A DNA stretch of 64,000 nucleotides from Candidatus Aminicenantes bacterium. GTDB lineage: Bacteria; Acidobacteriota; Aminicenantia; Aminicenantales; Aminicenantaceae. The DNA lies in the NCBI GenBank assembly GCA_030603565.1, contig JAUVXM010000007.1:176-64175 (forward strand), in the 5' to 3' direction. The position numbers were made by a program, and so were the translations under genes. Below, piece after piece: positions 37,208 through 47,477 of this stretch. Position 1 is the first letter of the stretch; each line of letters begins with the position of its first letter. Under the pieces are notes generated by a model. It was given only the letters and a program-made list of their open reading frames with translations. It was not told where the DNA came from and did not search any database.

Positions 37208-38662
37208 ATGATGATAAGAGAACCTTTAATATTTGACATAAGTGGTACGGAAAAAAAGGCCTTTTCTATGCCAGAATTGGATGTCCCTGAAAGAAAAGAT
37301 TTACTTAAGGATATTCCCTCTCGGGAGGAAATAGAAGATTTTCCCCAGATTTCTGAAATAGAAATAGTACGGCATTTTACTCGCCTTTCCAAAACTAATT
37401 ATTGTATAGACGAGGGCTTTTATCCTCTGGGATCATGTACGATGAAGTATAATCCCAAGGTAAATGAAAAAGTGGCTGCTCTGGACGGATTCACATCTTC
37501 ACATCCTTATGCTGCGCTTGATGTAAATCAAGGTAATTTAGAAGTTTTGAAAACTACAGAAAAGCTTTTGCAGGAAATAACGGGAATGGATGCATTTACG
37601 CTGCAGCCCTCAGCCGGAGCTCAAGGGGAGTCGGTCGGGATGATGTTAATTCGGGCCTGTCTGGAGGACAGGGGAGACCCGCGAAAGATAGTTTTGATCC
37701 CCGATTCTGCGCATGGGACCAATCCTTCAAGTGCTCATATCTGCGGATATCAGGTGCAGGAGGTAAAGTCTAATGAATCTGGTACTATAGATGTAGATGA
37801 CCTGGTAAAAATGTTGTCAGAAGAAGTTGCGGCAGTTATGATAACAAACCCAAATACTCTCGGGGTTTTTGAGAATGATATAAAAAGAATAGCAGATATC
37901 GTCCATGCTAAAGGTGGCTTCGTATATATGGATGGAGCAAACATGAATGCTCTTTTAGGTATTTGCCGCCCCGGTGACATGGGAGCAGATGTTATCCACC
38001 TTAATCTGCACAAAACATTTTCTACACCGCATGGAGGGGGAGGGCCTGGTTCTGGTCCGGTCGGTGTTAAGAAAAAGCTTGAGCCTTACCTGCCGGTCCC
38101 GCTTATTGAGCAGAATGAGGGGATTTATTCATTTAATTATGAACGTCCAAAAAGTATCGGGCGAGTAAGGGCTTTTTATGGAAATTTTCTCGTAGTAGTC
38201 AAAGCGCTGGCTTATATTTTATCTTTGGGGGCGGAAGGATTAAAAGAAGTTTCTGAAATAGCAGTTTTAAATGCCAATTATATCCGGAAAAAACTGGAAG
38301 GGATATACCATCTAAAATACAGTACACCTGCCTTGCATGAATGTGTGTTTTCAGATAAGTTTCAAAAAAAATATGGAGTCCAAAACCTTGATATAGCAAA
38401 ACGCCTTATTGACCTAAATATACATCCACCCACTATGTCTTTTCCTTTGATCGTTCATGGAGCCCTAATGATCGAGCCCACGGAAACAGAAAGCAAGCGT
38501 GACCTGGATATGTTTATAAATGCAATGCAGCAAATTGCTGAAGAGGCCCGGGAGGATCCTAAAATATTAAAATCAGCTCCTCACAAATCCTATGTGCGAC
38601 GTCTGGATGAAACTTATGCTGCTAGAAATCCTATTTTGCGGTGGCAGCCGACCCAGGAATAG
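37208..38662 (+). CDS. gcvPB: Glycine dehydrogenase (decarboxylating) subunit 2
   Basis: PLP-lysine region NLHKTFSTPHGGGGPG characteristic of GcvPB. Confidence 0.9.
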   Translation: MMIREPLIFDISGTEKKAFSMPELDVPERKDLLKDIPSREEIEDFPQISEIEIVRHFTRLSKTNYCIDEGFYPLGSCTMKYNPKVNEKVAALDGFTSSHPYAALDVNQGNLEVLKTTEKLLQEITGMDAFTLQPSAGAQGESVGMMLIRACLEDRGDPRKIVLIPDSAHGTNPSSAHICGYQVQEVKSNESGTIDVDDLVKMLSEEVAAVMITNPNTLGVFENDIKRIADIVHAKGGFVYMDGANMNALLGICRPGDMGADVIHLNLHKTFSTPHGGGGPGSGPVGVKKKLEPYLPVPLIEQNEGIYSFNYERPKSIGRVRAFYGNFLVVVKALAYILSLGAEGLKEVSEIAVLNANYIRKKLEGIYHLKYSTPALHECVFSDKFQKKYGVQNLDIAKRLIDLNIHPPTMSFPLIVHGALMIEPTETESKRDLDMFINAMQQIAEEAREDPKILKSAPHKSYVRRLDETYAARNPILRWQPTQE

Positions 38663-38674
38663 GAAACAGAACAA

Positions 38675-39523
38675 ATGAGCATTCAGAATCTGATAATGAA
38701 TCTTCAAAAATACTGGACTGACCAGGGATGTTATCTGGCCCAATCCTATGATATGGAAGTAGGTGCAGGCACTATGACTCCGGATACTTTTTTCCGAGTA
38801 TTGGATAAAAAGCCATGGAGGGTAGCTTATGTACAACCCTCGCGGAGACCTACAGACGGTCGATATGGAGAAAACCCGCACAGAGTCCAGAAGCATTTTC
38901 AGTATCAAGTAATAATTAAGCCTTCTCCGTCTGATATTCAACAATTATTTATTCAGAGTCTGGCAACTCTTGGCATTGATTTGAAATATCATGACCTGCG
39001 GTTTGATGAGGATAACTGGGAATCTCCTACCATAGGAGCGTGGGGAGTAGGGTGGCAGGTCCTGCTTGATGGGTTGGAAATTACCCAATTTACATATTTC
39101 CAACAAGCCGGCGGAATCGAAACTTTTCCGGTTCCGGTTGAAATTACTTATGGACTGGAGAGATTGGAAATGTTTTTGGAGGGAAAAGATGATATTTATG
39201 ATCTGCAATGGTCTGATGATGTGAGCTACAGGGACTTGAGAATTGAAGAAGAAAGGGAATTTTCAGAATTCAACTTTAATCATGCCGACATCAAATCACT
39301 TCAAAAAAAGTTTTCTTTAACTTCCGAGGAAGCTGGAAAACTAATAGAAAAGAATTTGCTTTTTCCCGCATATGATATGTGTCTGAAGAGCTCTCATCTG
39401 TTTAATCTGCTTGATTCAAGAGGGGCGGTCGGTGTAACCGAGAGAGTTAAAAAAATTGCTCAGATAAGAAATTTAGTGACTAAAATTGCCCAGAAATACA
39501 CCTCCCGGGAGGGTTCTTACTGA
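38675..39523 (+). CDS. glyQ: Glycyl-tRNA synthetase alpha subunit
   Basis: MSIQNLIMNLQKYWTDQGCYLAQSYDMEVGAGTMTP... is highly conserved GlyQ sequence. Confidence 0.95.
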   Translation: MSIQNLIMNLQKYWTDQGCYLAQSYDMEVGAGTMTPDTFFRVLDKKPWRVAYVQPSRRPTDGRYGENPHRVQKHFQYQVIIKPSPSDIQQLFIQSLATLGIDLKYHDLRFDEDNWESPTIGAWGVGWQVLLDGLEITQFTYFQQAGGIETFPVPVEITYGLERLEMFLEGKDDIYDLQWSDDVSYRDLRIEEEREFSEFNFNHADIKSLQKKFSLTSEEAGKLIEKNLLFPAYDMCLKSSHLFNLLDSRGAVGVTERVKKIAQIRNLVTKIAQKYTSREGSY

Positions 39524-41610
39524 TGGAATTTGTCCTGGAAATTAATACTGAAGAGATGCCTTTACCGCATGTCAAAGCTGCTTTGCAACAATTAAAGAGA
39601 AATTTCGAAGATGAACTTGTCTCACAGGACTTGGTTGACAAGAAAAAAAGACCTGGAAAAATCGAGACATTTGGAACCTGTCGTAGGCTGATCGTATATG
39701 GTGATTTGATAGCCTGCCAGAGAAATAAAGAAGAAATAATTGTTGGTCCGCCAAAGTCTGTGGCATTTGCTCCAGATGGAAGCCCAAGTCCGGCTGTCAT
39801 GGGATTTGCCAGGTCCCAGGGAGTTAAGGTCGATAGCCTGGAGGTCGTCTCTAATAAAAAAGGGGATTATATTGCTGTAAAGAAAATTCAAAAAGGAAGG
39901 CCTGCTCAGGATGTGCTGCCTCAAGTAGTGCCGGACATTATCAATAGATTGAGTTTTCCAAAAATGATGCGTTGGGGTACGAATGATTTTAAATTTTCCC
40001 GCCCCATTAGGTATGTATTTTGTATTTTGGATGGGAAACCACTTTCTTTTAAGGTCAATGGAATTTCGACAATAAATTTTACAACAGGTCACAAGCTGTA
40101 CTTTCCCGCCTCTATAAAAGTAAAATCATTCCAAGAATACCGAAGACAGTTAAAGAAAAATAAAGTCCTTATCGAAGAGAAAACGAGGAAAGCCCGTATA
40201 ATGAATCATATAGAAAAAAAGCTGGAGCCCCTGGAGGCGCAATGTTACCCTGATGAAAAACTCCTGGATAAACTAGCTACCGATGTTGAATACCCTTATG
40301 TTTTTTTGGGGGCATTCCCTAAAAAATATTTGAAATTACCTATTGAGATATTAAGTACTGCCATGAGAGAGGGGCAAAATCTCCTTTCTGTTGTTAAGGG
40401 AAAGAAACAACTCCCTGTTTTTTTGGGAGTTACTGATGCCTGCAATGATGCAAAAGGATTTGTTAGCAAGGGAAACGAGAGGGTTTTAAAGGCGAGACTG
40501 GAAGATGCACGTTTTTTTTGGGAGCAGGATTCAAAAATACCGCTGAAAGAAAGAGCTGAGAATTTAAGCCAGATTGTTTTTCAGGAAAGGCTGGGAAGTT
40601 ATAAAGAAAAGAGTGAACGGATAAAAAAAATTGCCCTTTACTTAGTAAGCAAGCTGGACGCAGGCAAAAAAAAACAAGAGGTCAGAGAAGCAGCTGAGCT
40701 GTGTAAAGCTGACCTGCTTACAGAAATGGTAAGAGAGTTTCCTTCCCTGCAAGGGAAAGTGGGCGGAATTTATGCACGGAAAGAAAAATATCCCCTTGCT
40801 GTCTGGAAAGCTATATATGAACATTACCAACCAGCCAGCCTGGATGATCCTAGTCCGGCTTCTCTTACCGGGGCTATCTTGGCAGTTTGTGATAAGCTGG
40901 ATTCAATAGTAGGAGTTTTAGGCCTTGAAATTGAGATATCCGGTTCGAAGGACCCTTTTGGACTGCGCCGAAATGCCCAGGGTATATGCTCTATTGTGCT
41001 TGATAAAAAATTGGATTTTCCCTTTCCCCTGCTTCTGGATAAGGTCATTAAAGTATATGAGGATAACCTGAAAAAAAACAGAAGTGAGTTAAAAGAGATC
41101 TGTCTTGAATTTTTTAAGAACAGACTGGAGTATATTTTTAGCCACCTTGGATTTCGTTATGACCTGATAAAGGCAGTGCTGAGTTCAGGTGTTGACAATA
41201 TTTATAATATTTTTCTCAAGCTCAAAGCTTTGGACAGCCTTAAAGATAATTTAAAATTTAGGACATTGATCCTTACTGCCAAAAGAGTTAACAATATATT
41301 GAGGGGACAACCTAAGTATAAGGTAAATCAGGATCTGCTTATTGAGAAAGAAGAACGAGAGCTTTACACAACCTATTCTATTATCAGGGATAATGTTAGG
41401 CCTTTATTTTTAAGTGGAGATTTTTCAAAAGCTCAAAGAATTGTGCTTACAATAGGGTCATCAATAGATAATTTTTTTGATAATGTGCTGGTGATGGCTG
41501 AAGATAAAAGGATTAAGCGTAACCGCCTGGCATTACTTCAACAGGTCAGTAAGCTTTTCAGCCAAATCGCAAATTACTCTGAAGTTGTTATTGAAGGAGA
41601 GAAAGACTGA
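39523..41610 (+). CDS. glyS: Glycyl-tRNA synthetase beta subunit
   Basis: ~695 aa, GlyS-family N-terminus (MPLPHVKAALQQL), overlaps the glyQ stop (ATGA). Confidence 0.9.
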   Translation: MEFVLEINTEEMPLPHVKAALQQLKRNFEDELVSQDLVDKKKRPGKIETFGTCRRLIVYGDLIACQRNKEEIIVGPPKSVAFAPDGSPSPAVMGFARSQGVKVDSLEVVSNKKGDYIAVKKIQKGRPAQDVLPQVVPDIINRLSFPKMMRWGTNDFKFSRPIRYVFCILDGKPLSFKVNGISTINFTTGHKLYFPASIKVKSFQEYRRQLKKNKVLIEEKTRKARIMNHIEKKLEPLEAQCYPDEKLLDKLATDVEYPYVFLGAFPKKYLKLPIEILSTAMREGQNLLSVVKGKKQLPVFLGVTDACNDAKGFVSKGNERVLKARLEDARFFWEQDSKIPLKERAENLSQIVFQERLGSYKEKSERIKKIALYLVSKLDAGKKKQEVREAAELCKADLLTEMVREFPSLQGKVGGIYARKEKYPLAVWKAIYEHYQPASLDDPSPASLTGAILAVCDKLDSIVGVLGLEIEISGSKDPFGLRRNAQGICSIVLDKKLDFPFPLLLDKVIKVYEDNLKKNRSELKEICLEFFKNRLEYIFSHLGFRYDLIKAVLSSGVDNIYNIFLKLKALDSLKDNLKFRTLILTAKRVNNILRGQPKYKVNQDLLIEKEERELYTTYSIIRDNVRPLFLSGDFSKAQRIVLTIGSSIDNFFDNVLVMAEDKRIKRNRLALLQQVSKLFSQIANYSEVVIEGEKD

Positions 41611-41616
41611 TTATTG

Positions 41617-42066
41617 TCAACCGTCTATTTCAAAGTCGCCAGTGGCTGAGCTTTTTAAAGTCGATTTATCATCCGGGCTGAATTTTTGTTCCAGGGCGAT
41701 AATTTTCACTAGAGAGCCAGGGTAATTTTGTCCTTTTTTCTCACCATAGGGATTAAACTGAACCCCTATTTGGTATTTATAACTTTTTCCCGGGTTTGCT
41801 GCTGACCATCTAACTCTTCCTTCAAGAGCCATAGGAACTCTTTCACCAGGAACTGATATTTTCATATGGATTTTTGTGTTTATTTTAAAACTTTTCTGGG
41901 AGACAAAGCGCATACCTCCTCTGCTGATGTCCAAAATCGGGCAGAACTCTTCTCCATATTTTCCATGAAGAGCGGAGAGAAATTTATCTAATTTATAGCT
42001 GGTAGTTGCTCCCGGAATTTCGAACCGGAAACAAGTTCTTCTTTCTATACTATTATTTGACATCAA
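41617..42066 (-). CDS. PilZ-domain protein (c-di-GMP receptor)
   Basis: RRTCFR (RxxxR) and DISRGGMRF (D/NxSxxG) motifs. Confidence 0.7.
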   Translation of the reverse strand: MMSNNSIERRTCFRFEIPGATTSYKLDKFLSALHGKYGEEFCPILDISRGGMRFVSQKSFKINTKIHMKISVPGERVPMALEGRVRWSAANPGKSYKYQIGVQFNPYGEKKGQNYPGSLVKIIALEQKFSPDDKSTLKSSATGDFEIDG

Positions 42067-42207
42067 CCAACTCCTTCTTTCCCTATAAGTAGCTGATACA
42101 ATTTTATATTAGCATATATAAACAAACTATTATTGTCAAATGAGTTATTATAAATTATTAGTCAATGGGGAATAGGGAAGAGAAGAAAGTAAAATGTGAC
42201 CCGTTTT

Positions 42208-43875
42208 TTATCTTAGGGTCCCTTCGTATTTTGCGGTTAACTGGCGTTTACGGACGTCTTCAGGGGTATAGGAGGGTAGGAGTACAGGTGAGATGCGGTC
42301 AGTTCTGATTCCAGCGGATTTAAGCTCTTTTTCATATCTGTTTATATGGTCGAGGGACAATTTGCTCAGCTTTACTGACTTAATATATGTAGAAGCGTAT
42401 TTTCCGGCTCTGCGTCCGAAAACATTATAATCTAATACGGAATTGCCCATCAAACGATTGCGTCCGTGAACTCCTCCCGACGCTTCCCCGGCAACATAGA
42501 GGCCGGGAATATTGGATTCGCATTTTTCATTGATCTCGATTCCTCCATTCTGATAATGAAGAGAGGGGAATACAAGCATTGGTTCTTTTGTTATATCGAT
42601 ATCATAACGGATAAACTGACGAAGCATAGCCGGGAATTGTTTTTTGATATATCCTTCTCCTTGAAGCATCTCGATTAAGGGGGAGTCTAACCAGACTCCG
42701 ACCCTGCCTTGGGGTGTTTTAATACCGTTTTTTCTTTCTAAACATTCTCTAATAAAGGCAGAACTTTCTACATCTCTGGGTTCACGTGGGAAAACAAATA
42801 GCTCTCCGTCTTTGTTAATCGGTTGCCCCCCGGCTCCTCTGATTTTTTCTGTGATCAGGAATCCTGCGATCTGTTCCGGGAAAACTGAACCGGTTGGATG
42901 ATATTGCACAGAATCCATATAAAGAAGCTTTCCACCGGTCCGGTAAGCTATAACCAACCCGTCTCCGGTTGCGCCGTAATGGTTGGTTGTGTCAAAACCT
43001 CTTATATGTAGCCGTCCGTATCCGCCAGTAGTGATAATAGTGGCTTTTGCTCTTACAGTAAAATATTCTTCAGTTTCAAGATTATAGAGCACTCCTCCCG
43101 CACACTTTCCTTGCTCATCCAGGATTAATTCAACTGTGGGCATGAATTCAAGTACATTTATTTTGTTAGGATGGTTTCTCACTTCATCCATGAGAGTCCG
43201 CATAATGATAGCACCGGTATAATCGCGGGACGAAAGCATTCTTTTTCGTGAAGTACCTCCTCCATGTAAAACTTGCAGAGAGGTGTCATCCAATTTATCC
43301 CACACGACTCCAAGTTCTTCCAACCAATTAGCAACTTCGGGGCCCTCTTCAGTAAGAGGTCTAACAAGCTCAGGTTTATTGTCAAAGTGACCGCCTCCGA
43401 TTACATCCAGATAGTGACGGGTAGGTGGGTCCTGCTTTGTAATGGCAGCCTGCATGCCTCCCTGGGACATCATGGAATTTGCATCTCCCAGGCGTAGTTT
43501 GGTCGAGATAAGGCATTTAGCTCCATTTTTAATTGCGGTAATTGCAGCAGCTGATCCACCGCCACCGCCTCCGATAATGAGGATGTCTGTTTCATAATCT
43601 GGCTTTGAAAGGTCGAAAGATTCCGGTTTGATTCGGGAATGGGATTCCAGAATGTCAGCGACTTCAGTTGTGAGCATCTCTCCTTTGTTAGGGCCGATAT
43701 TTATCTTTCGCCTAGATTCCTTTTTATAATCAGGATGAAACTTATTAAGCACTTCATCCCTTTCTTTAGCGCTCATAGGCGGAAAAACAGGTTTTTCTGA
43801 TTTTGCAAGCTCAAATCGCTTATTGCGGGTTTGAATAACTTTGTTGAGTGATTTGCTCATATAGTCTGGATACAT
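42208..43875 (-). CDS. Fumarate reductase/succinate dehydrogenase-family flavoprotein subunit (FrdA/SdhA-like, soluble; ~90-aa N-terminal extension)
   Basis: FAD dinucleotide fold DILIIGGGGGGSAAAITA, HYGATGDGLVIAYRTGG and VQYHPTG active-site regions typical of FrdA/SdhA/L-aspartate-oxidase flavoproteins. Confidence 0.8.
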   Translation of the reverse strand: MYPDYMSKSLNKVIQTRNKRFELAKSEKPVFPPMSAKERDEVLNKFHPDYKKESRRKINIGPNKGEMLTTEVADILESHSRIKPESFDLSKPDYETDILIIGGGGGGSAAAITAIKNGAKCLISTKLRLGDANSMMSQGGMQAAITKQDPPTRHYLDVIGGGHFDNKPELVRPLTEEGPEVANWLEELGVVWDKLDDTSLQVLHGGGTSRKRMLSSRDYTGAIIMRTLMDEVRNHPNKINVLEFMPTVELILDEQGKCAGGVLYNLETEEYFTVRAKATIITTGGYGRLHIRGFDTTNHYGATGDGLVIAYRTGGKLLYMDSVQYHPTGSVFPEQIAGFLITEKIRGAGGQPINKDGELFVFPREPRDVESSAFIRECLERKNGIKTPQGRVGVWLDSPLIEMLQGEGYIKKQFPAMLRQFIRYDIDITKEPMLVFPSLHYQNGGIEINEKCESNIPGLYVAGEASGGVHGRNRLMGNSVLDYNVFGRRAGKYASTYIKSVKLSKLSLDHINRYEKELKSAGIRTDRISPVLLPSYTPEDVRKRQLTAKYEGTLR

Positions 43876-43887
43876 CTGAGACTCCTT

Positions 43888-44571
43888 TTATTTTTCCATA
43901 TCTCTTGCATAATATTGTTTTTCGAGGTCTTCTTTATTTGCAGTCATTAAATCGTTGTATTCTTTATCGTATATATTTTTTTTGATTTCTTTGATCCTTA
44001 TATTGAGTTCTTTACTTTTAGGGGCTAGGTATTTACCGTAAAGTCTTTTAGCAAGAATACCGACATTGAATTGAACGATTTCCGCTGGACAGCGGATGGC
44101 ACAGAGCCCGCAGCAAAGACAATCAAAGGAGAGGTCCATTACTGCTTCGATGTCACCCCGCTTGGCAGCTTGAATGTAATCCATAACTTCCAAGTCTTGA
44201 GGACAAGCCTTAGTGCAGGAATTGCAGGCAACACATCTAAAGACTTCTGGATAGAGTTTCTGGATCGTGGCAACATTGGGTTCGATCTTATTGATATCAT
44301 AGATGGATTTATGAGCCGGGATTGCAGGAAGTTGAGAAAGCCACATATCTTTTTCGACCATAGTAGTGCAAGCAAGGCCTGTATAGATCTTATAATCCCC
44401 AGGAAGCCTGTATACTGTAGCACAGGCACCACAAAATCCTTCTCGGCAGCCAGCGCCTCTTTTTATTTGATAGCCGGCATATTCCATTGCTCCCATAATG
44501 GTTGCCTCAGCTGGGACTTTATAGCCTTTTCCCATAATAAAGACGTTCACAAAATTTTCTTTATTTGCCAT
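43888..44571 (-). CDS. Succinate dehydrogenase/fumarate reductase iron-sulfur subunit-like (2Fe-2S plus two 4Fe-4S/3Fe-4S motifs)
   Basis: CREGFCGACA...C (Cx4Cx2C...C plant-type 2Fe-2S), CVACNSCTKACP and CLCCGLCAIRCP cluster motifs. Confidence 0.8.
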   Translation of the reverse strand: MANKENFVNVFIMGKGYKVPAEATIMGAMEYAGYQIKRGAGCREGFCGACATVYRLPGDYKIYTGLACTTMVEKDMWLSQLPAIPAHKSIYDINKIEPNVATIQKLYPEVFRCVACNSCTKACPQDLEVMDYIQAAKRGDIEAVMDLSFDCLCCGLCAIRCPAEIVQFNVGILAKRLYGKYLAPKSKELNIRIKEIKKNIYDKEYNDLMTANKEDLEKQYYARDMEK

Positions 44572-44586
44572 CTTGATGTCTCCTTA

Positions 44587-45411
44587 TTAATATTCTTGCG
44601 GTAATGTTTTGAGTTCAGCCCAGGAATAAACTGGACCATCCTTGCAGATATAATGCTTGCCGATATTACATCTTCCACACTTGCCGATTCCGCATTTCAT
44701 CTTATTTTCAACTGTAGTATAGATCTGTTTATCCTTAAATCCCAGTTCTTCAAGAGCTTTAATTACAAATTTTATCATAATAGGGGGGCCGCAGGTGATC
44801 GAGATAGAATTGTCAGGGGAAGGTTTTTTGTCTGTTACATTTTGCGGGACAAATCCGACATACTCTTTCCAGTCTTTTTCCTCAACATCAACTGAAAGGT
44901 GTACATTCATTTTTTTATTAAGTTTTTCCAGTTCCTCTTTAAATACTAAGTCCTTTGAGGTTCTTGCTCCATAGATAAGAGTGAGTTTACCATAATCCTC
45001 TTTTTTTTTGAGAGCAGTATGCAGCACAGACCAGATCGGAGCTAAACCAATGCCGCCGCCAATAAAGATGAGGTTTTTCCCTTTCCAATTTTCAATTGGG
45101 AAATTGTTGCCATAAGGGCCTCTTATGCCGATGATTTCCCCGACTTCTGTTTCGTGTAAAGCGGAGGTCACTCTCCCCATTTTTAAGATACTGAACTGGA
45201 GGAAATCTTTTTCAAGCGGGGATGAGGATATGGAGATCATAGATTCGCCTTTTCCTAAAACGGAAAGCATGGCACATTGTCCGCATTGGTGGGAAAAACC
45301 GTTTTTTTCGACGAATTGAGTTCTAAATGTTTTAATAGGCCTTAAGCCTGAGACTTCTTCTTTTATCTTGATTATTTTTGCCAGTTTTGGAATGTATATG
45401 TTTTCATTCAT
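44587..45411 (-). CDS. NAD(P)H-binding FAD oxidoreductase with C-terminal 2Fe-2S (FlxA / sulfhydrogenase gamma / AsrB / PyrK-like)
   Basis: GGGIGLAP NAD-binding, FAD-binding beta-barrel, C-terminal CGIGKCGRCNIGKHYIC. Confidence 0.8.
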   Translation of the reverse strand: MNENIYIPKLAKIIKIKEEVSGLRPIKTFRTQFVEKNGFSHQCGQCAMLSVLGKGESMISISSSPLEKDFLQFSILKMGRVTSALHETEVGEIIGIRGPYGNNFPIENWKGKNLIFIGGGIGLAPIWSVLHTALKKKEDYGKLTLIYGARTSKDLVFKEELEKLNKKMNVHLSVDVEEKDWKEYVGFVPQNVTDKKPSPDNSISITCGPPIMIKFVIKALEELGFKDKQIYTTVENKMKCGIGKCGRCNIGKHYICKDGPVYSWAELKTLPQEY

Positions 45412-46492
45412 AATCTCTCACCTTATTCAGAATTTCTATTATATCTATTCCCATGGGGCATAAAGAAATACACCTTCCGCAGCCTGTACATAGGTAATCC
45501 TGATAATTTTCGACGTGATACTGAAACTTATGAAGAATTCTCTGGCGTAATCTTGAGGCTTTGTCCGGCCTGGGATTGTGTCCTGAGGAATGCATGGTAA
45601 AATCCGGGAACTGACATGTATCCCAGGTCCTGACTCTTTTTCCTTTGAGGGGTAGGGTAGAAGTGAGTTCATCGGTTATGTCAAAACAATAACAGGTGGG
45701 GCAGAGGTAAGTGCATATACCGCAGCGGATACAGCTCATGGCTTCTTCATCCCAGAAAGGAGATTCAAACATGTCTTTAAGTTTGTCTGGGATGTTTTTA
45801 ATATCTTTTATTTCTCTTTTAATCTTTTTTTCAGATTCCCTCTGGATTTTTTCCAATTCTTTTTTATCTTTTGGTGAGGCAGGCTTGAAAAGATTTTCGG
45901 CTGCTTTGATAAGCTTCTCTCCCTTCTTAGTCAAGGAATCGATATGATATTTGTCACCCATGTCAGTCATAAGAATATCCAGGCCCTCTTTAGAATGAGG
46001 TGAACCACCGACTGATAGACAGAAACAATTAGGCGAAGGAGGAGGGTTGCAGGTCAGGCCGACCAGTATTGTCTGGTTTCTTCTACTCCAGTAATAGGGG
46101 TCCTTAGGTTCCTCTCCAAAAACCTTGTCTGTAAGAGTTATTGCTTTAGCGTCACAGGGCCTGACACCGAAAATAACAGCCGGTTGCTCTTCAGGGAGAA
46201 CTTCTTTAATTTGAGGTTTTCCTTCTTTCGAAGTATTAAATTGAAGGAAGATCTCTCTCTGAGGATAAGTTATTTTTTTTGGAGCCAGAACTGTGTTTAA
46301 GTATTCCAAGTTAATCTTATCCGGGTTTTGGATAACTTCATAACTCCACAGATTTTCCTGCTTTTCCGGAGCATAAACTGTATAAGATTGCAGGTTTTTT
46401 ACCCATGCGGGGAATGATTTTTTTGTCAGTATCTTTTCCATGGTCTCACCTGATAAAATCTTCTGGGTCTTCATCTTTGAAACTAGAAACAA
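45404..46492 (-). CDS. Iron-sulfur subunit of the FlxB / sulfhydrogenase beta / AsrA type (two 4Fe-4S)
   Basis: VRPCD motif, CIRCGICTYLCPTCYCF and CTGCGRCISLCPMG ferredoxin motifs. Confidence 0.75.
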   Translation of the reverse strand: MFLVSKMKTQKILSGETMEKILTKKSFPAWVKNLQSYTVYAPEKQENLWSYEVIQNPDKINLEYLNTVLAPKKITYPQREIFLQFNTSKEGKPQIKEVLPEEQPAVIFGVRPCDAKAITLTDKVFGEEPKDPYYWSRRNQTILVGLTCNPPPSPNCFCLSVGGSPHSKEGLDILMTDMGDKYHIDSLTKKGEKLIKAAENLFKPASPKDKKELEKIQRESEKKIKREIKDIKNIPDKLKDMFESPFWDEEAMSCIRCGICTYLCPTCYCFDITDELTSTLPLKGKRVRTWDTCQFPDFTMHSSGHNPRPDKASRLRQRILHKFQYHVENYQDYLCTGCGRCISLCPMGIDIIEILNKVRDYE

Positions 46493-47477
46493 GGGAAGGC
46501 TGCTCAGGATCTAAGCCGGCTTTATAGTCAAAAAGCTCTTTAGCAACTTTTTCCAGTTTTTTATTTAATAACCTTAAGGGGATGTCAACAGGACAAACTC
46601 GTTCACATTCGCTGCAATCTATACAACGGCCAGCTAAATGCATGGCTCTGACCAGATGATAGCCGAAGTTTTCTGAGGATTCCGGTGATTTTTCTATCCA
46701 TTTGATTTTTTGAGACTTTTCTTCTGCAGTAGTGTCGGCCGTGATCGCAAGGTTTATGCTGTCCACCACACACTCATCACAATAACACATTGGACAAACT
46801 GATCGGCAGGCATAACAACGAATACATTTACTTAATTGTTGTTGCCAGAAATCCCACTTTTTTTCCTGAGATAATGATTCAATTTGTTCCAGGGATTTAA
46901 ATGGTTCTTTGGGTGAGCGGTTGTTTCTATCTCCCCAAAATACATCGGAGATCACTGGGAAACTGGAAGTGCATTCCAGACATCTTTCAGCCAGGATTTC
47001 TTTGAGAGGAATTTTTATAGTTTTTTCTTTGGTTGAAATCACTATATTTTTTCTTTGGTCGAATTCGATTTTTTCCGGCTCTTCTCCTTTTAGTTTTTTG
47101 AAGATCTTCTTCTCGTCCAGGACTCCGAGATCTTCGCAGGAAAGCCCTATAATATAAACATCTTCCCGGGTTATAAATTTTTCCTGGAGTAATACATTTA
47201 TGGCCCGGCTGTCACAGCCTTTCACGAAAATACCAACTGGCCGTATATCCGGTTCTTTTTCTCTGGCTTTTTTTCTTTTTTCATCTAAGAGGAACTTAAC
47301 AAGATTTTGAAAACAAGTGGGATCCCAGATAAGTTTATCAATGTCTTCCGGCTTTTTCACAAAGGTGGGTGCGGCCATTAAGGCATTTGAGCTTTTAGCA
47401 TAACCTATGATATATTTTACTTTTCCTTCTTCCAGGATATTCTTAGCTTCTTTTTTTATTTCTTCCAGGTTCACCAT
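46446..47477 (-). CDS. 4Fe-4S dicluster protein, FlxC-like (FrhB/FdhB-family N-terminal domain)
   Basis: CIRCYACRSVCPMCYCDEC and CIDCSECERVCPVDIP; N-terminal region resembles the F420-hydrogenase-beta-like flavin/FeS scaffold. Confidence 0.55.
   Translation of the reverse strand: MVNLEEIKKEAKNILEEGKVKYIIGYAKSSNALMAAPTFVKKPEDIDKLIWDPTCFQNLVKFLLDEKRKKAREKEPDIRPVGIFVKGCDSRAINVLLQEKFITREDVYIIGLSCEDLGVLDEKKIFKKLKGEEPEKIEFDQRKNIVISTKEKTIKIPLKEILAERCLECTSSFPVISDVFWGDRNNRSPKEPFKSLEQIESLSQEKKWDFWQQQLSKCIRCYACRSVCPMCYCDECVVDSINLAITADTTAEEKSQKIKWIEKSPESSENFGYHLVRAMHLAGRCIDCSECERVCPVDIPLRLLNKKLEKVAKELFDYKAGLDPEQPSLVSSFKDEDPEDFIR

Noticed and set aside
46446-46492. 47-nt overlap between the FlxB-like and FlxC-like ORFs as evidence of a frameshifted single gene
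   Set aside because: Both reading frames have independent, complete ferredoxin motifs and plausible starts. Overlaps of this size are common in tightly coupled operons.
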